64,000 nucleotides of DNA from Podarcis liolepis (taxonomy: Eukaryota): the NCBI GenBank assembly GCA_965112155.1, contig OZ218098.1; one strand, written 5' to 3'. Below, one piece after another: positions 36,965-49,209 of this stretch (the first letter of the stretch is position 1; each line of letters begins with the position of its first letter). The position numbers and the translations under genes were made by a program. Below the pieces are notes generated by a model. It saw nothing but the letters and a program-made list of their open reading frames with translations, was not told where the DNA came from and did no database searches.

Positions 36965-37880
36965 AAAGTCCACCACCTCTCGTGGGAGTCTGTTCCACTG
37001 TTGAACAGCTCTTACTGTCAAAAAAAAATTCTGAATGTTTAGTCGGAATCTCCTTTCTTGCAAATTGAAGCCATTGGTTCTAGATTCAGGTAGGTAACCA
37101 TGCTGGTCTGACACAGTCAAAATAAATAAATAAAAAAAAATTAAAAAAAATGTCTAGTACCACCTTAGAGACCAAGTATGTTTGTTCTGGGTATGTATAA
37201 GCTTTTGTGTGCACGCACACTTCTTCACCTGAAGAAGCTTATACCCAAAACAAACTTATTTGAAGATAGCTATCATTTTTCTTCTCAGTCTCCTCTTTTC
37301 CAAGCTAAACATACCCAGCTCCTTCAAGCGCTGCTCATAAGGCTTAGTTTCCACACTCATGATCATCTTGATTGTCCTCCTCTGCACACATTCCAGCTTG
37401 TCAGCATCCTTCTTAAATTGTGATGCCCAGAACTGGACCCAGTATTCCAAGTGTGGTCTGACCCAGGCAGAATAGAGTGGTACTATTACTTCCCTTGATC
37501 TGGACACTATACTTCTGTTGATGCAGCCTAGAATAGCATTGGGGGTTTGTGGGGGGGGGTGTTGGCTGCTGCATCACACTGCATCACACTGTTGATTCAT
37601 GTTAAGCTTGAGGGTCCACTAAGACCCCTAGATCCTTTTCACAGGTACTACTGGCAATCCAGGTGTCTCCCATATTATATTTGTGCAGCTGGTTCTTCCT
37701 GCCTAAGTGCAGAGCCTTACATTTGTCCCTATTGAAATTCATTTTGTTAGCCTAGGCCCCATTCTCCAATCTGCTAAGGGCATACTGAATCCTAATTCTG
37801 TCTTCTGCAGCATTAACGACCCCTCCCAGTTTGGTGTCATCTGCAAATTTGATGAACATCCCCATAATTCCTTCACCCAA
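36965..37880 (-). mobile_element. CR1 LINE ORF2 3' fragment, interrupted by a Penelope-like insertion
   Basis: [26 protein letters not shown]...LECVQRR...[19 protein letters not shown] and RRFRLNI...FLTVRAVQQWNRLPREVV. A CR1 3' end also lies at about 36597-36690. Confidence 0.9.
37087..37256. mobile_element. Penelope-like element terminal fragment
   Basis: Shares caggtaggtaaccatgctggtctg...ccttagagaccaa...gcacacttcttca with 41726-41911 and 62623-62723. Confidence 0.6.
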
Positions 37881-40800
37881 GTTGTCTCATTTTGGTATAA
37901 ATGGTTTCCACACTACATCTTTAGAAAGCAATGGTACCTACAGGAGCACGTGTGTTACTTAGGATACCAGCAAAGATCTGCCCATCTCCAAGTTCCCTTG
38001 TCATCCAAAGTGCACCTGGTGACTACTGCCAAGATATGGGAGGTGCCCACTAGGCACACTTTCCAGAAACAACTGATTACATTTTTGTTTCCCAGCTAGA
38101 TGAATTGGTCTCTGCCCTGTGTTTCTTCTTTGTATTGTTTTAAAATGCATTTGCTACTGTTTCCTGTGTTGCCTTTAGCTGTTTTGATTGTATTTTGCAT
38201 ATCACCTTAATACACATGTGGAAAACAATAAGCAATAAACAAATACATCTGATAGAGGGATATTTTTGGTCCTGGTGCCCTGATTTTTGAGAGCTTGTCT
38301 TGCCAGAAAAGTTCATCCGGTGCCTTTCTTTATGCTACTGTGGCATCTGATCGAGGACTTTTACTCTTCCCAACCTTTTAATTCACTCTGTTCCATTTTC
38401 TCTCCCATAAGGACAACCTCACTAATCCTATATCCCAAAGCAGGGCATGCACATCTACATTATTCCTGCCATGTGCCTGGTAAGCTTTGGTGTGGAATCC
38501 TCCAGGGACGATTCCACAGACTCTCTAGCTTGTTCTCTTACTGAATAGCCTGGATGTTCTTAACACTGAACTGAAATGTAGCTTTCATGAAATGTACAAT
38601 AATAGCTTCTTGTTCTATTCATGGTGGAAATGGTGAGCAGTTTGCCATCTTTGACATGAGGTCCTTATACATATCTGAAGAATTTCAACACATCATATCT
38701 TTTCCCCAGGATGAAAACCCCAAGTCACAGATAGGATTAGCAGATCATTAGCCATCTTTATAAATATCTCATAAATTCTTCAATCTTACATCATATTTCT
38801 TCAGTTGCAATGGTGAGCAATGAGTAAAATCTTCCTGAATGGAGCAGTGCCTATGTTCAGTTACTTGTATACAGGATGGCAGCTTTGACACCTTTTTTGT
38901 GGGGGGGGGGGACTATTTCATGTTGGGGTCCTGCTATTTACATCCAAGGCCACTTGCCTTCTCACTTGCATCCCTTACTGGAGGTGGGGGGATCACAGGG
39001 CTAGGATCATAAGAAAATTAGAAGTGACCTCTGTGAAGCCCACAAGCAATAACTCCCTCCTACTCATGTCCTGATATTGTTTGGAATTATCTTGTTCCAC
39101 CCTGGGATGCAAACCTTAGCGGCAGCAATGTCCACACAAAGAAACATCTCTGAACACATATATAGGTAGAAAGCATTTTTGCTATGACTGAACATTATCA
39201 GATGAGCACTATGAAGTTAGATTAGATGACCCTTGGGGTTCCTTCTAACTCTACAGTTCTATGATTCTAAGTCCAGAAACAGATATTATGCTGGAATAAG
39301 AGTGCAAGGAAACATGGAAGGTATTGCTTTATTTCTCACGGGGAAGATTAATACATGTATCTGTGAACAAATTTGTCCTGATATATCCACCAAACTACGT
39401 CATCTGCCCAGCTAAAGAGATTGATTGCATATAGGTTAACTACTAAATAGCAAAGAACAGTGAAAAGTTGTCTTAAGAAATGGGAAACACTGAATAAAAT
39501 TTGTAGCCACATCTCAGACTCCCATTCCGCAGAGAAGAATCGGGAAAGGATGCTTGCAAATTTCATTTCAAATGCTCTCAGATTTTCTAGCTGTCAAGGG
39601 AGAAAACACAGTTGGGAATTGTCGGATCGATGAACTGCCTTGTCAGAAGGTCCAATCACCTAAAGACCATGAAATTATCTTCCCCAAATGCTGTAATCAA
39701 CTCTACTATGCAATTAGGTGAAAACACTCTCTGCCACGGGAATGGGTAACATTAGGATTACAGTCATAGGTTGTAATCCATTCATCTGAGAGTTAGCCAC
39801 ATTCAAGTCAAAGAGAGTTACTTCTATTGAAGACATGTGCAGGGTTACACTGCAAAAGCAGCTGGGATCCCAAAAATATACATCTTAGGTGTCAAAAGCC
39901 TGGGTAAAGAGGTGTGTCTTCAGCATTTGCTGTAAGCTTTCCAATGAAGAACCCAGGTACACCTCTGTGAGGTGTTCCACAATTTAGGGCTGACACAGAG
40001 AATTATCTCTCTCAACCCACCTCCAGCCTGAGTTTATGAGGGCAGTTAAGCAACCAAGAGGGGGCCCCTCTGTTAATCTTAACACCTGATTGGGTCTGTA
40101 GGAAAGGAGGTGGCCTTTCAGGTATTGGGGCCTGAGTTATTCAGGGCTTTAAAAACTAATATGAGCACCTTGAATTGAATGGCTCTGATTACTCAGTTCC
40201 ACATCTCATTCGATCCTACTTCAGCTGATAATACATTTTCTTTGTGGTTTCAATTTACTAAATGGTGCCCACCAAAACATTCAAGAGAGCTCCGTCTCCT
40301 GGTATATCTTGCTCTTTTTAGAGTTTAAGAATCTTTTGAGCAATTGTATTTCCAAGTGATATCTAGCCTTGCGTTGCGAGGCCTCGTGACCACCCCATTC
40401 CCTAAGGTGTAAATAACTAGACAACCTGCAGCATATTGGTTTTGGGATCAAATAAGGCCACAATTTCATTGGCTACAAATGTGAAGGTTTGGCCATAGGC
40501 ACTGGGGCAACAGTGCATGTCACTCCCACCGGTCTCCTGGGAGTGTTTCTAAGGGTGAAGCCAGTGTCAAATTGGGGTGTCCCCCAAGCAGTCCCTGATG
40601 GAGGAGTGGTATGGCCCTAGCCCCCATCTGGGCACTGGACAGAAGCCACTCCCCCTGGATCCTTTTAACAGGATATTCTTACCCATGTGGGGGGGGGGAG
40701 CAGGCGGAGGCTACAACCTCCCCTCCAACCAAGACTAGGCTTACCTGGTGCCTATCCACCTTACAAAGTTGTGATGATTGCTATGAGGTAGGCAAGAACC

Positions 40801-41725
40801 CAAATGGTGGACCCAATTTGCCAGATGGGAAAAATTCCTGCCTGGCCCCTAAATCTGGTGACCGACATAGTCCATAGCAAGGTTGTACCATGCACAAAAA
40901 ACAACAACAACCCTAATCTGAGGGAGGGAGGGTTGGAGAACCAGCACTGTGAGATAGAAGCTAAAAGGCCCTTCAGGCCAGGTATTTATCCTTGCCCTGG
41001 GTGCGGTGCCAATCACCACTATTGGTCAGTTGGCACTATGCCCAGGGGAACGCCCCCCCAAATTTCTGCCACCATTGGCCAATTCAGCAGCAGGAGGACG
41101 ATCTGGCCTGCAATAGACCAGTTCATAGACTTAACCCACATGGTCAGTATCCTTGACTTGGACACCTTGAAGAAATGTCCAAAACATATTGGGCCCCATC
41201 TCAACTAAGTCCTTAATTTGTAGATAGCGCAGACAGCCTTGAAAACAGCCCTTCCTTTTAGTAATAGAAAAGAGACAAAACAAGAGCTGTGCAACTCACT
41301 TCACATAGTAAATAATTTTGTAGCACTTCTTATTACCCTGTAATTTTATAGCTCCTAAGTTTATTGGATACATAATGGGCAGATGTGTGCTGTCATTAAA
41401 GAGCTTTTAGGAAATGCTGCAATAAAGGTACTCAGCAGATAATAAAATGGAAGCTGAAGCCCTCTGTTTACCACCACATAACCAACAGCAGATGCATTGC
41501 CCTTCGTAAGCAGCACCCAGCAAAGTAGATAATGAAGAACAGTTGGTGCCAAGGTTAAGCAGGGAGATTCAAGCAAAGATAGACCCTGTGTAAGTTTGGC
41601 AAACTATACAGGCTTCATAATTTACTAATTCCAAGGATTCAAATGCCAGTGATCTAGAATCATTTGCAGACTTTCTAATCAACAAATTGAAGACTTGCCT
41701 GGTTAACTGACTCACTTTTAACTGG

Positions 41726-41911
41726 TTACAGGTAGGTAGCCATGTTGGTCTGCCGTAGTCAAAACAAAATAAAAAAAATTCCTTCCAGTAGCATCTTAGA
41801 GACCAACTAAGTTTGTTACTGAAGAAGTGTGCATGCACTCAAAAGCTCATATCAATATCAAACTTAGTTGGTCTTTAAGGTGCTACTGGGAGGATTTTTT
41901 TTTATTTTGTT
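41726..41911. mobile_element. Penelope-like element fragment with inverted-repeat structure
   Basis: Arms at about 41761-41814 and 41860-41911 are inverted repeats. 14-bp TSD tcacttttaactgg at 41712-41725 and 41912-41925. Hammerhead-like core between the arms. Confidence 0.7.
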
Positions 41912-44154
41912 TCACTTTTAACTGGATATCAAATAATCTGCTGATGATATTTATTGTCACATGTCATGTGTACTTGAACAAGAATAATATGCAATGAGTT
42001 ATCAGGCAGCCTGCAAGAGCCTTACATGGTCTAGTTAGGTAGCCTTAAAAAGAGTCAAGTAGGCAAGCTTTGAGGATGGGCTCAGGGCTGGGACTGGGCA
42101 AAGACATAAGCAGGAAACATTACTGCTCAAAAGGTCTTTGGGGCCCTGGAGAAGTTCCTATGCCAGCTGCTGGTCTATGCATCCAATCTCGCTAGGAGGA
42201 AGTCATCAGTGCAACTGGGGGCTTCCATTTTAGACACTTTACTACATTCAGCTTGCAACTTGCATGGGAATTACATTCCGGGGATTGTGCGTAAATCCTG
42301 TATAGTTAGAACAAACCTGGAACTGCCCCCACACATCCATCCATACTTTCCTAAAGCTGGCACACAGAGTAGGCTTTGCCCCCACACCAATGCAAGATGG
42401 ACAGCTTTAAAGCTCTCCACCATGTGCGCATTTAATTTGTGTGATTTCAGTTGACCAGCTACCAAGCGCATAGAGCTGTGATCACATAAGTTAAATGTAC
42501 ACAAGTTGCAAGTCAACTATACACAGCCACCTAGGAAAGGGTTTAGCATTGCAAGCAAGGGATTATTGGCAATTTACTGATTTGATTACAGAGAATTATA
42601 TACAGCTCCCAGGGTCAGTTCTTTACACAGGCTTGCAGCAGGGTTTCTACCTGTCCTGTTCTAAAGGAAGTGGAGGGAAAGTCTGGAAGCTGGGCAGTGC
42701 TTACCAGGACAGTCTACCAATAACTCTCTGTGCCTGAATGCAACACAACACAGGCCCACCCTTAGCTACCACTTGTATGGGAAAGGCCAGGGATGTCCTG
42801 GACTGAGAAGCATGCTGCATGTTTGAGCTTCTTATTCTTCTCTTAGGCACTATCCAGCAGCTGTGCCCTTTGCAGATATGTAACTCAGAACTGAGGGTAG
42901 AGGAAAACCGTGAAAAGCAGTCATGCAAAGGAGACAAGGACAAAGTTAATGCAAGCTGAAGAACCATGAAAGTGTTAATGGTCTGGCTTGCATGTTCTAT
43001 CCAGAGAACCATGACATTTTAATGACTAAAAAAAAGGTGGTGCTACAAATAAGTTCTGAGGCAACTGGAACTGACAGAGTGATGGCTCTGTGCTCCCAAT
43101 TTGCCAGGGTTCTGCTGATATTGTTTTAATAATTCCAACTTGTCAGTGATTAGTTTCCAAAGAGGGAAAAGCTGGGGTCAAGCTTACTGGGACCCAAATC
43201 ATTTGACCTGGAAGTCTGCCCTCTGATCTCAGATGTGTGGAAGCACGGCTGTGCCAACACAGTGAGGTGGCAATGAAACTCTGCACATACTCTGGCTGGG
43301 TCTGAATGAAGTGGTAGAATTTACTGTCAATGCAATGCTGGTCAATGCAAGTCCATGACTTTTTAAGGCTCCATTAAATTAGAAAAGCAACTCCCTGTGA
43401 GGAGAAAAATAGTGAAGCAAGGCATGAGCTAGGCTATGACATTTCTCCTTGAAATACTTGCAATACATTGTTGCTTTTCTTCATGCAATGTATTTACCTC
43501 CTCTCAATTCTGCTGCATAGGTAGACTGGGCCTTGGAGGCATTTTCATATTTACTACCACATCCTGTGTGCCACAGCTATATCCCTACACTGAAAGCAGG
43601 TTGTGGGGCAGTGCCCTGCCTCCAGTTAACCCTTGCACCTTGCTTATTTGATAGAATCAATATAACTTCACAAAGGGGAGCTGTGGTTGGGATGTACAGA
43701 GTATTCAATTTGCTTTGTTCAAGCAATGGTATACCAAGACAGTGAAAGGCATCCATGCTGCAAGGCCAGTGAATTCTCCATCATACATAACAAGTATGAT
43801 TAAAACTTTCTTCCCTCTACCACTCTAATTAATCAATTGCTGCTTGCAGGCTTAGCTGAAAAGCCTGGAAATGTATTTCAGGTGAAGTGTCTGACAGAGA
43901 TTGCTTCCAAGCATTCCAAGGCTTCAGTCCCCCATCTGTTAGATTTTCATTAATATTATGTCTCATCCACTTGCCCCAAAGAAGAGCATTTGGCTATAGC
44001 ACATGCATGCACAGAGTCCTACATTTAGTCCCCAGCATCTCCAGGTAGGACTGCGAATCTCCTTTGTATGAAATCCTGGAAAGCCACTGCCCATCAGTAT
44101 AGACAATGCACAACCAGATGGACCAACGTCCTAACTCGGTGTACTACAGGTTCC

Positions 44155-44665
44155 TATTTAGCTATGCCTCTTCTAATCCAGAATGTGGCAGGTAAACTGG
44201 AGACTGGGAGTAGCCACCCGCACCATATAACATCGATCCTAAAGGATCTACGTTGGCTCCCTGTTTCTAAGCACAATTGTAAGTGTTGGTGCTGACCTTT
44301 AAAGCCATAAACAGCCTCGGCCGAATATACCTGAAGGAGCGTCTCCACCCCCATCATCCAGCCCAGACACTGAGGTCCAGCTCTGAGGGCCTTCTGGTGC
44401 TTCCCTCACTGTGAGAAGTTACAGGGAACCAGGCAGAGGACCTTTTTAGTAGTGGTGCCCGCTCTGTGGAATGCCCTCCCATCAGATGTCAAGGAAATAA
44501 ACATCTATCTGACTTTTAGAAGACACTTGAAGGCAGCCCTGTATAGGGAAGTTTTTAATATTTGATGTCTTACTGTGTTTTAATTTGTTGGAAGCTGCCC
44601 AGAGTGGCTGAGGCAACCCAGTCAGATGGGTGGTGTTTAAATAATACAATTATTATTAATAATAA
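44155..44665 (+). mobile_element. L2-clade LINE 3' fragment (same family)
   Basis: HITSILKDLRWLPV, then high similarity to 25760-26198. More diverged relatives lie near 34370-34680 (+), 39880-40180 (-), 46670-46900 (-), 48140-48520 (-) and 57555-57695 (+). Confidence 0.75.
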
Positions 44666-47183
44666 TTAAAATTCTTTCCCAACCTGTCTACAGATCTACA
44701 CTTCTTCCCTGCCCTCTTTGACTCTATTTCTTTTCAAACATTTCTGAATACTTTCAGAATGTGTGTCATGTAAGCAAACTAATTTACTTAATTTGATGTT
44801 TTCCGATCACAGATCTTTAAATTTCTTGGCCCAGAGTATTATACAATATATGCAATTCTGAGGGCAGGAATGGGCTTCTGAATCAGACAGTTCTGTCCTA
44901 TCTGGTTGAGTTGTACTTATGCAACCCAAAAGGACTGAAAAGTGCTTAAAATGGAAGGCTATTTTTGACACTCAGGAAAATGAACATGAAATGATGCAAG
45001 CAGTTCCAGCTCTGCCCCAGCCAAACTGGATTTTTGTGAAAGCCCAGAATGAGTTGTAACTATGATATAAATTCCTATCAGCAGATGTAGTGACACTATA
45101 TCCAATACATAAGGAACTGACTCAACTCTGAATTTGCCAAGATCTTTCCATTAGTCTGTCAAATTTCACCATTTCACTGCATCTTTATGAAACAACAAGT
45201 CTTAAGTCATCCTTCCCTAACCTAATGTCCTCAATATGTCAGGGGTGGTGGGAATCCTAGCCCAAAACATCTGCAGGGCAAGAAGCTGGAGCCGGCTTTG
45301 GTGAAACAAAACATGCTCAACCCAATTGATATAAAGGAGAAGAATGCAAAACGGTCTGGATGCCAGTCAAGATATTGTTATGGATGCCCCTAAATTCCTG
45401 GGTGCCAAATCCCCCCTCCTAAATTTACTAGGTGTGGTTTTTTCCTGACCAAGGAATCATCCAGCAGATAAGCCATTAAGAAACAAAGGCTGGAGCTTAG
45501 CAAAGCAGAGGCTGTGCCAGCCACAAATGGGGAATAGTTAGCAAAGACAATACCAGAGCTGGGAGGGTAATGTTTCAGAATCACTGTGGGCCTGAAGTAA
45601 GCAAATTGGGGGGGGGGGGTGTCTTGGTTTTGCAAGCCTGAGAGGAAGTGGTCAGAGCACAATATGAGCAGGGAGGGAAAATCCTCTCCAGTCTGGAAGC
45701 GGCAAGCAGGAGGCAGAGATGCAGAGGCATGGCTTACGTCTCATTAAAATCTGAGACGATTGCACCTATGGGAGATGCATGATACCCTCTTGGGGTTTGA
45801 TGCTGGGATTTCCTTCCAACTAGAATCAGGTTGCATATAAGTGTAAATAAACCTTCCATCATGAAGACACCACAGTCTCCTCTGTACCTCATTCCCAAAA
45901 GAAAACACAGAGCCCAGGTTAAAGTGTGCCTGCAACCCCTGGAATCTCACACCGCTCATGGAGATTGGGGTGGCGTGTAACAATATGTTGCATTTCCTTC
46001 AGAAATTGGCATTTCCAGCATCAACAAATCCATCACCAAATAATGAAACTGATTTGAATATGGTGCACGCTCCGTGCTTCAGTCAGGGCCATGCTTGGTT
46101 CTTGTTTCCGGAAAAGCCTGCAGACTGTGAGAAGGTGGCTTCACATCCGTGCAGAAACACACATCATCTCCATAATCCAGATCTTTCCGTCTGCAGAGCA
46201 CCTTCATTAGCTCAACCGCCACAGCTATTGCGCTCACCTATCGCTGCAGCTGCTGTCAGACTCTCAAGCAAATGAGAAGCCGATAGACACAGACAATGCT
46301 AATTGCTCCCTAAAACTAAGCAGAACTTTTAATGCCACTGTGACTCCATCTGTCCTTATTCCACTACCAGCCCTCTGTTTGCACTCCCTGTCATCTGTAG
46401 AGCATCTCACTCACCCTTGTTTGCCTTAATGAAACTGATGCAACACTATATGCCAATAAAGCCTCATTGCTTGTGCATTAGGACCTACTATTATCATTTT
46501 TATTATTAGTAATTGTATTTATTTATACCCCACATTTTCCCCTGACAGAGACAAGGTAAGAACAACATAGGGGGGGGGGGTTAAAAAATTAAACATTGAT
46601 AGGATTAAATCTCTCTCTCTCTCTTCTCTCTCTGTCTCTGAACTATTAAAACCATATCAATAACTGCAATGAAAAGCAGTCAGCTCCCGAAAGCTTGTTG
46701 GAACAGGAAGGTCTTCATTTGCCAGCAGGACAACAAGGAGAGAGCTAGTCTTGCTTCTCTAGGGAGGGAGTTTTAGAGTCTGGGAGCAGCTATCAAGAAG
46801 ACCCTTTCCTGCATCCTCACCAAGCAAACCTGTGAGGGTGGCGGGATCGAGAGAAGGGCCTCTTCTGAAAATGTCAAAACCCAGCCAGGTTCGTATGAGA
46901 GGATTGGGGGGGGGGCTACCTTTGCCGTGTTAAATGTGCATTCTGTAGCTGACCTCCTCTGTAATGCTTTATTTTTCAATCTTTAAAATAATATTTTTGT
47001 TTCCTGTTAATTATGTTGTTTTGAACGTACACTTCATATTTTATTCTGGATTGTTTTATTTGATGTTTTAATGTAGGCTAGAAACCACTGTGAGATATTA
47101 GAACTACTACTACTACTACTAATAATAATAATAATCATAATGTCTTTCAAATAGGTTGAACCTAAGCCATATGGAGTTTTATA

Positions 47184-47430
47184 CAGTGGTGCCTCGCAAG
47201 ACGAAATTAATTCGTTCTGCGAGTTTTTTCGTCTTGCGAAGCACGGTCAAGTCGCAACTGCACCTCTTCAAGCGGTTTTAAGAAAAAGGAAACAAACTTG
47301 CAAGACATTTTCGTCTTGCGAAGCAAGCCCATAGGGAAATTCGTCTTGCGAAGCAACTCAAAAAACGAAAAACTCTTTCGTCTTGCGAGTTTTTCGTCTT
47401 CCGAGGCATTCGTCTTGCGAGGTACCACTG
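47184..47430. mobile_element. Tc1/mariner (Tigger/pogo-like) MITE, second family
   Basis: TIRs CAGTGGTGCCTCGCAAGACGAA / TTCGTCTTGCGAGGTACCACTG, TA TSD, and several internal TTCGTCTTGCGA copies. Confidence 0.9.
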
Positions 47431-48610
47431 TATGTCATAACCAGCAATTGGGGCAGGGGGAGGAGAGAGTGGTGTAACTGTTAGCAAAACAGGCATTCAT
47501 TCTCTGACACACAATTCCGAACATCCAGCCCCGTCACTACAAAAACATGAATTCTCCAACAGTCTTTGATGGTACATTTGTCTTTTTTGGGAAATAATGA
47601 GCCATGTTCCAAGCCAGGGACACACTGGGGCCTTGGGGTATATGTGTATCAAGCAAGACAGATGTTTCACAAGGCAGGGTTTCTTTTACTAATTACTCAA
47701 TTTAGGTCTAGTTCTCATGGACAATTAGGCAAATTCATTTCAGGGGCAGGTTCATGCCTAACACCACAGTCTCTAACAGCAAACTTGGGTAGTGGGGAGC
47801 ACCAACAGAAATGGAGCCCAAACAGGGCTGCTGTTAAATAAGGAGGAGGCAATGGCATGTGTTTGGGGTTTCTGTGAGGGAAGGGCACTGAAATTTGCAG
47901 AAGTAGCAACCAAACATCTCTAAAATGTAAGGGAGCCAAAAAGTCCTCCAAAACAGCCCAGAAGGGTTTAAACATGCTCAGTTGGAATTGAAAAACAGAA
48001 AACCAGGGAGGGGAGCTGCTTCCAGCTTATAATATCCTAATGAAGGACATGGATGTTGTTTAACTGGAACCCTGAACAGAAGCACTTGTGCTATGAAGTG
48101 AGGAGGATACCCTGCAACATCTTGCTGCCCATTATTCATTCATTTTATTATTATTACTTATTGAATTTGTTAGTCGCTTTCTCTTGCCCAGGGCAACCCA
48201 AAGCAACTTGCAACCAAACAGACAGATACGAAACCCCCACAAAGATACATTAAAAGCAAGAGAGAGAAAAAGAAACACATTAAAAACATCCCACCCTCTT
48301 CTAAAAGGCCACAGATAGTTAAAGGCCAAAGGCCTGCTTATAGAGAAAAGTATATATATGATGGTGCCAGGTGAACCTCCCTGGGGAGAGCATTCCACAA
48401 ATGGGGAGCCACCGCAGAAAAGGCCTGTTCTCATGTTGCCACCCTCCAGACGACTCATCGAGGTGGCACATGAAGAGGGCCTTGGATGATGACAAAGGGT
48501 CCAGGTTGATTCATATCACATTTGCAGCATAGAATCTCACACACAGATACAGTACATGCTGGGTGCATATGAAGCAATTTAATGTCACACTGTTACAAAT
48601 GGTCCATCAC

Positions 48611-49209
48611 TGTCAGGGAACTGCCATCGGAGCCAGAGGGAGAGGGAGGGCTCCAGAGGGATTCCGGAGAGCGTCCCGGGAGGGAGAGAAGCAGCACATC
48701 TTCTGGGGAAGGAAATCAGCGTAACACCGGTGGAGATGGGGGAATCGGCGAGGTGGCTCCAAGACTCCTCGCCGGGAACCAGTGGGGAGAGCACGGGTCC
48801 TCCGATGCCCACACCCTCCCTGCGCAGAAGGCTTCCGCGCAGGGAAACTAGGCGGAGACTAGGCGTCAAAGAGCTTCTTTGCTATAAGAAGTTCAAGAAA
48901 CGCCCACTAACGGATTCTGCCAGCGACTGAGACAGCCACGGGCGCGTGGCTGTCCAGACAGAAAGGGTTCATTCAGGCAACCACCCAAGGGTGGCGTTGA
49001 TTTACACACAAGCAACCCCTAGAACCATTACAATCACCATAAGCATTTTGGCCTGCCTTCAAAGCACTCCCTTGTCATGGTTGGACCATTATTTTGGTGA
49101 AGTTTGGACTGGTGGTGTCAATTCCCCCCTGCAAGAGTAGTGGGCCTGTTCAGGTGGCCCATCCTTGGAAAGTGAGGGAAGCTGATAGGTTCCTGGAACT
49201 AACTTAACA
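48611..49209 (+). mobile_element. Putative solo LTR (GC/CpG-rich, about 600 bp)
   Basis: Begins TGTCAGG and ends CTTAACA (imperfect inverted termini), with a sharp compositional contrast to its flanks. No matching TSD found. Confidence 0.4.
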
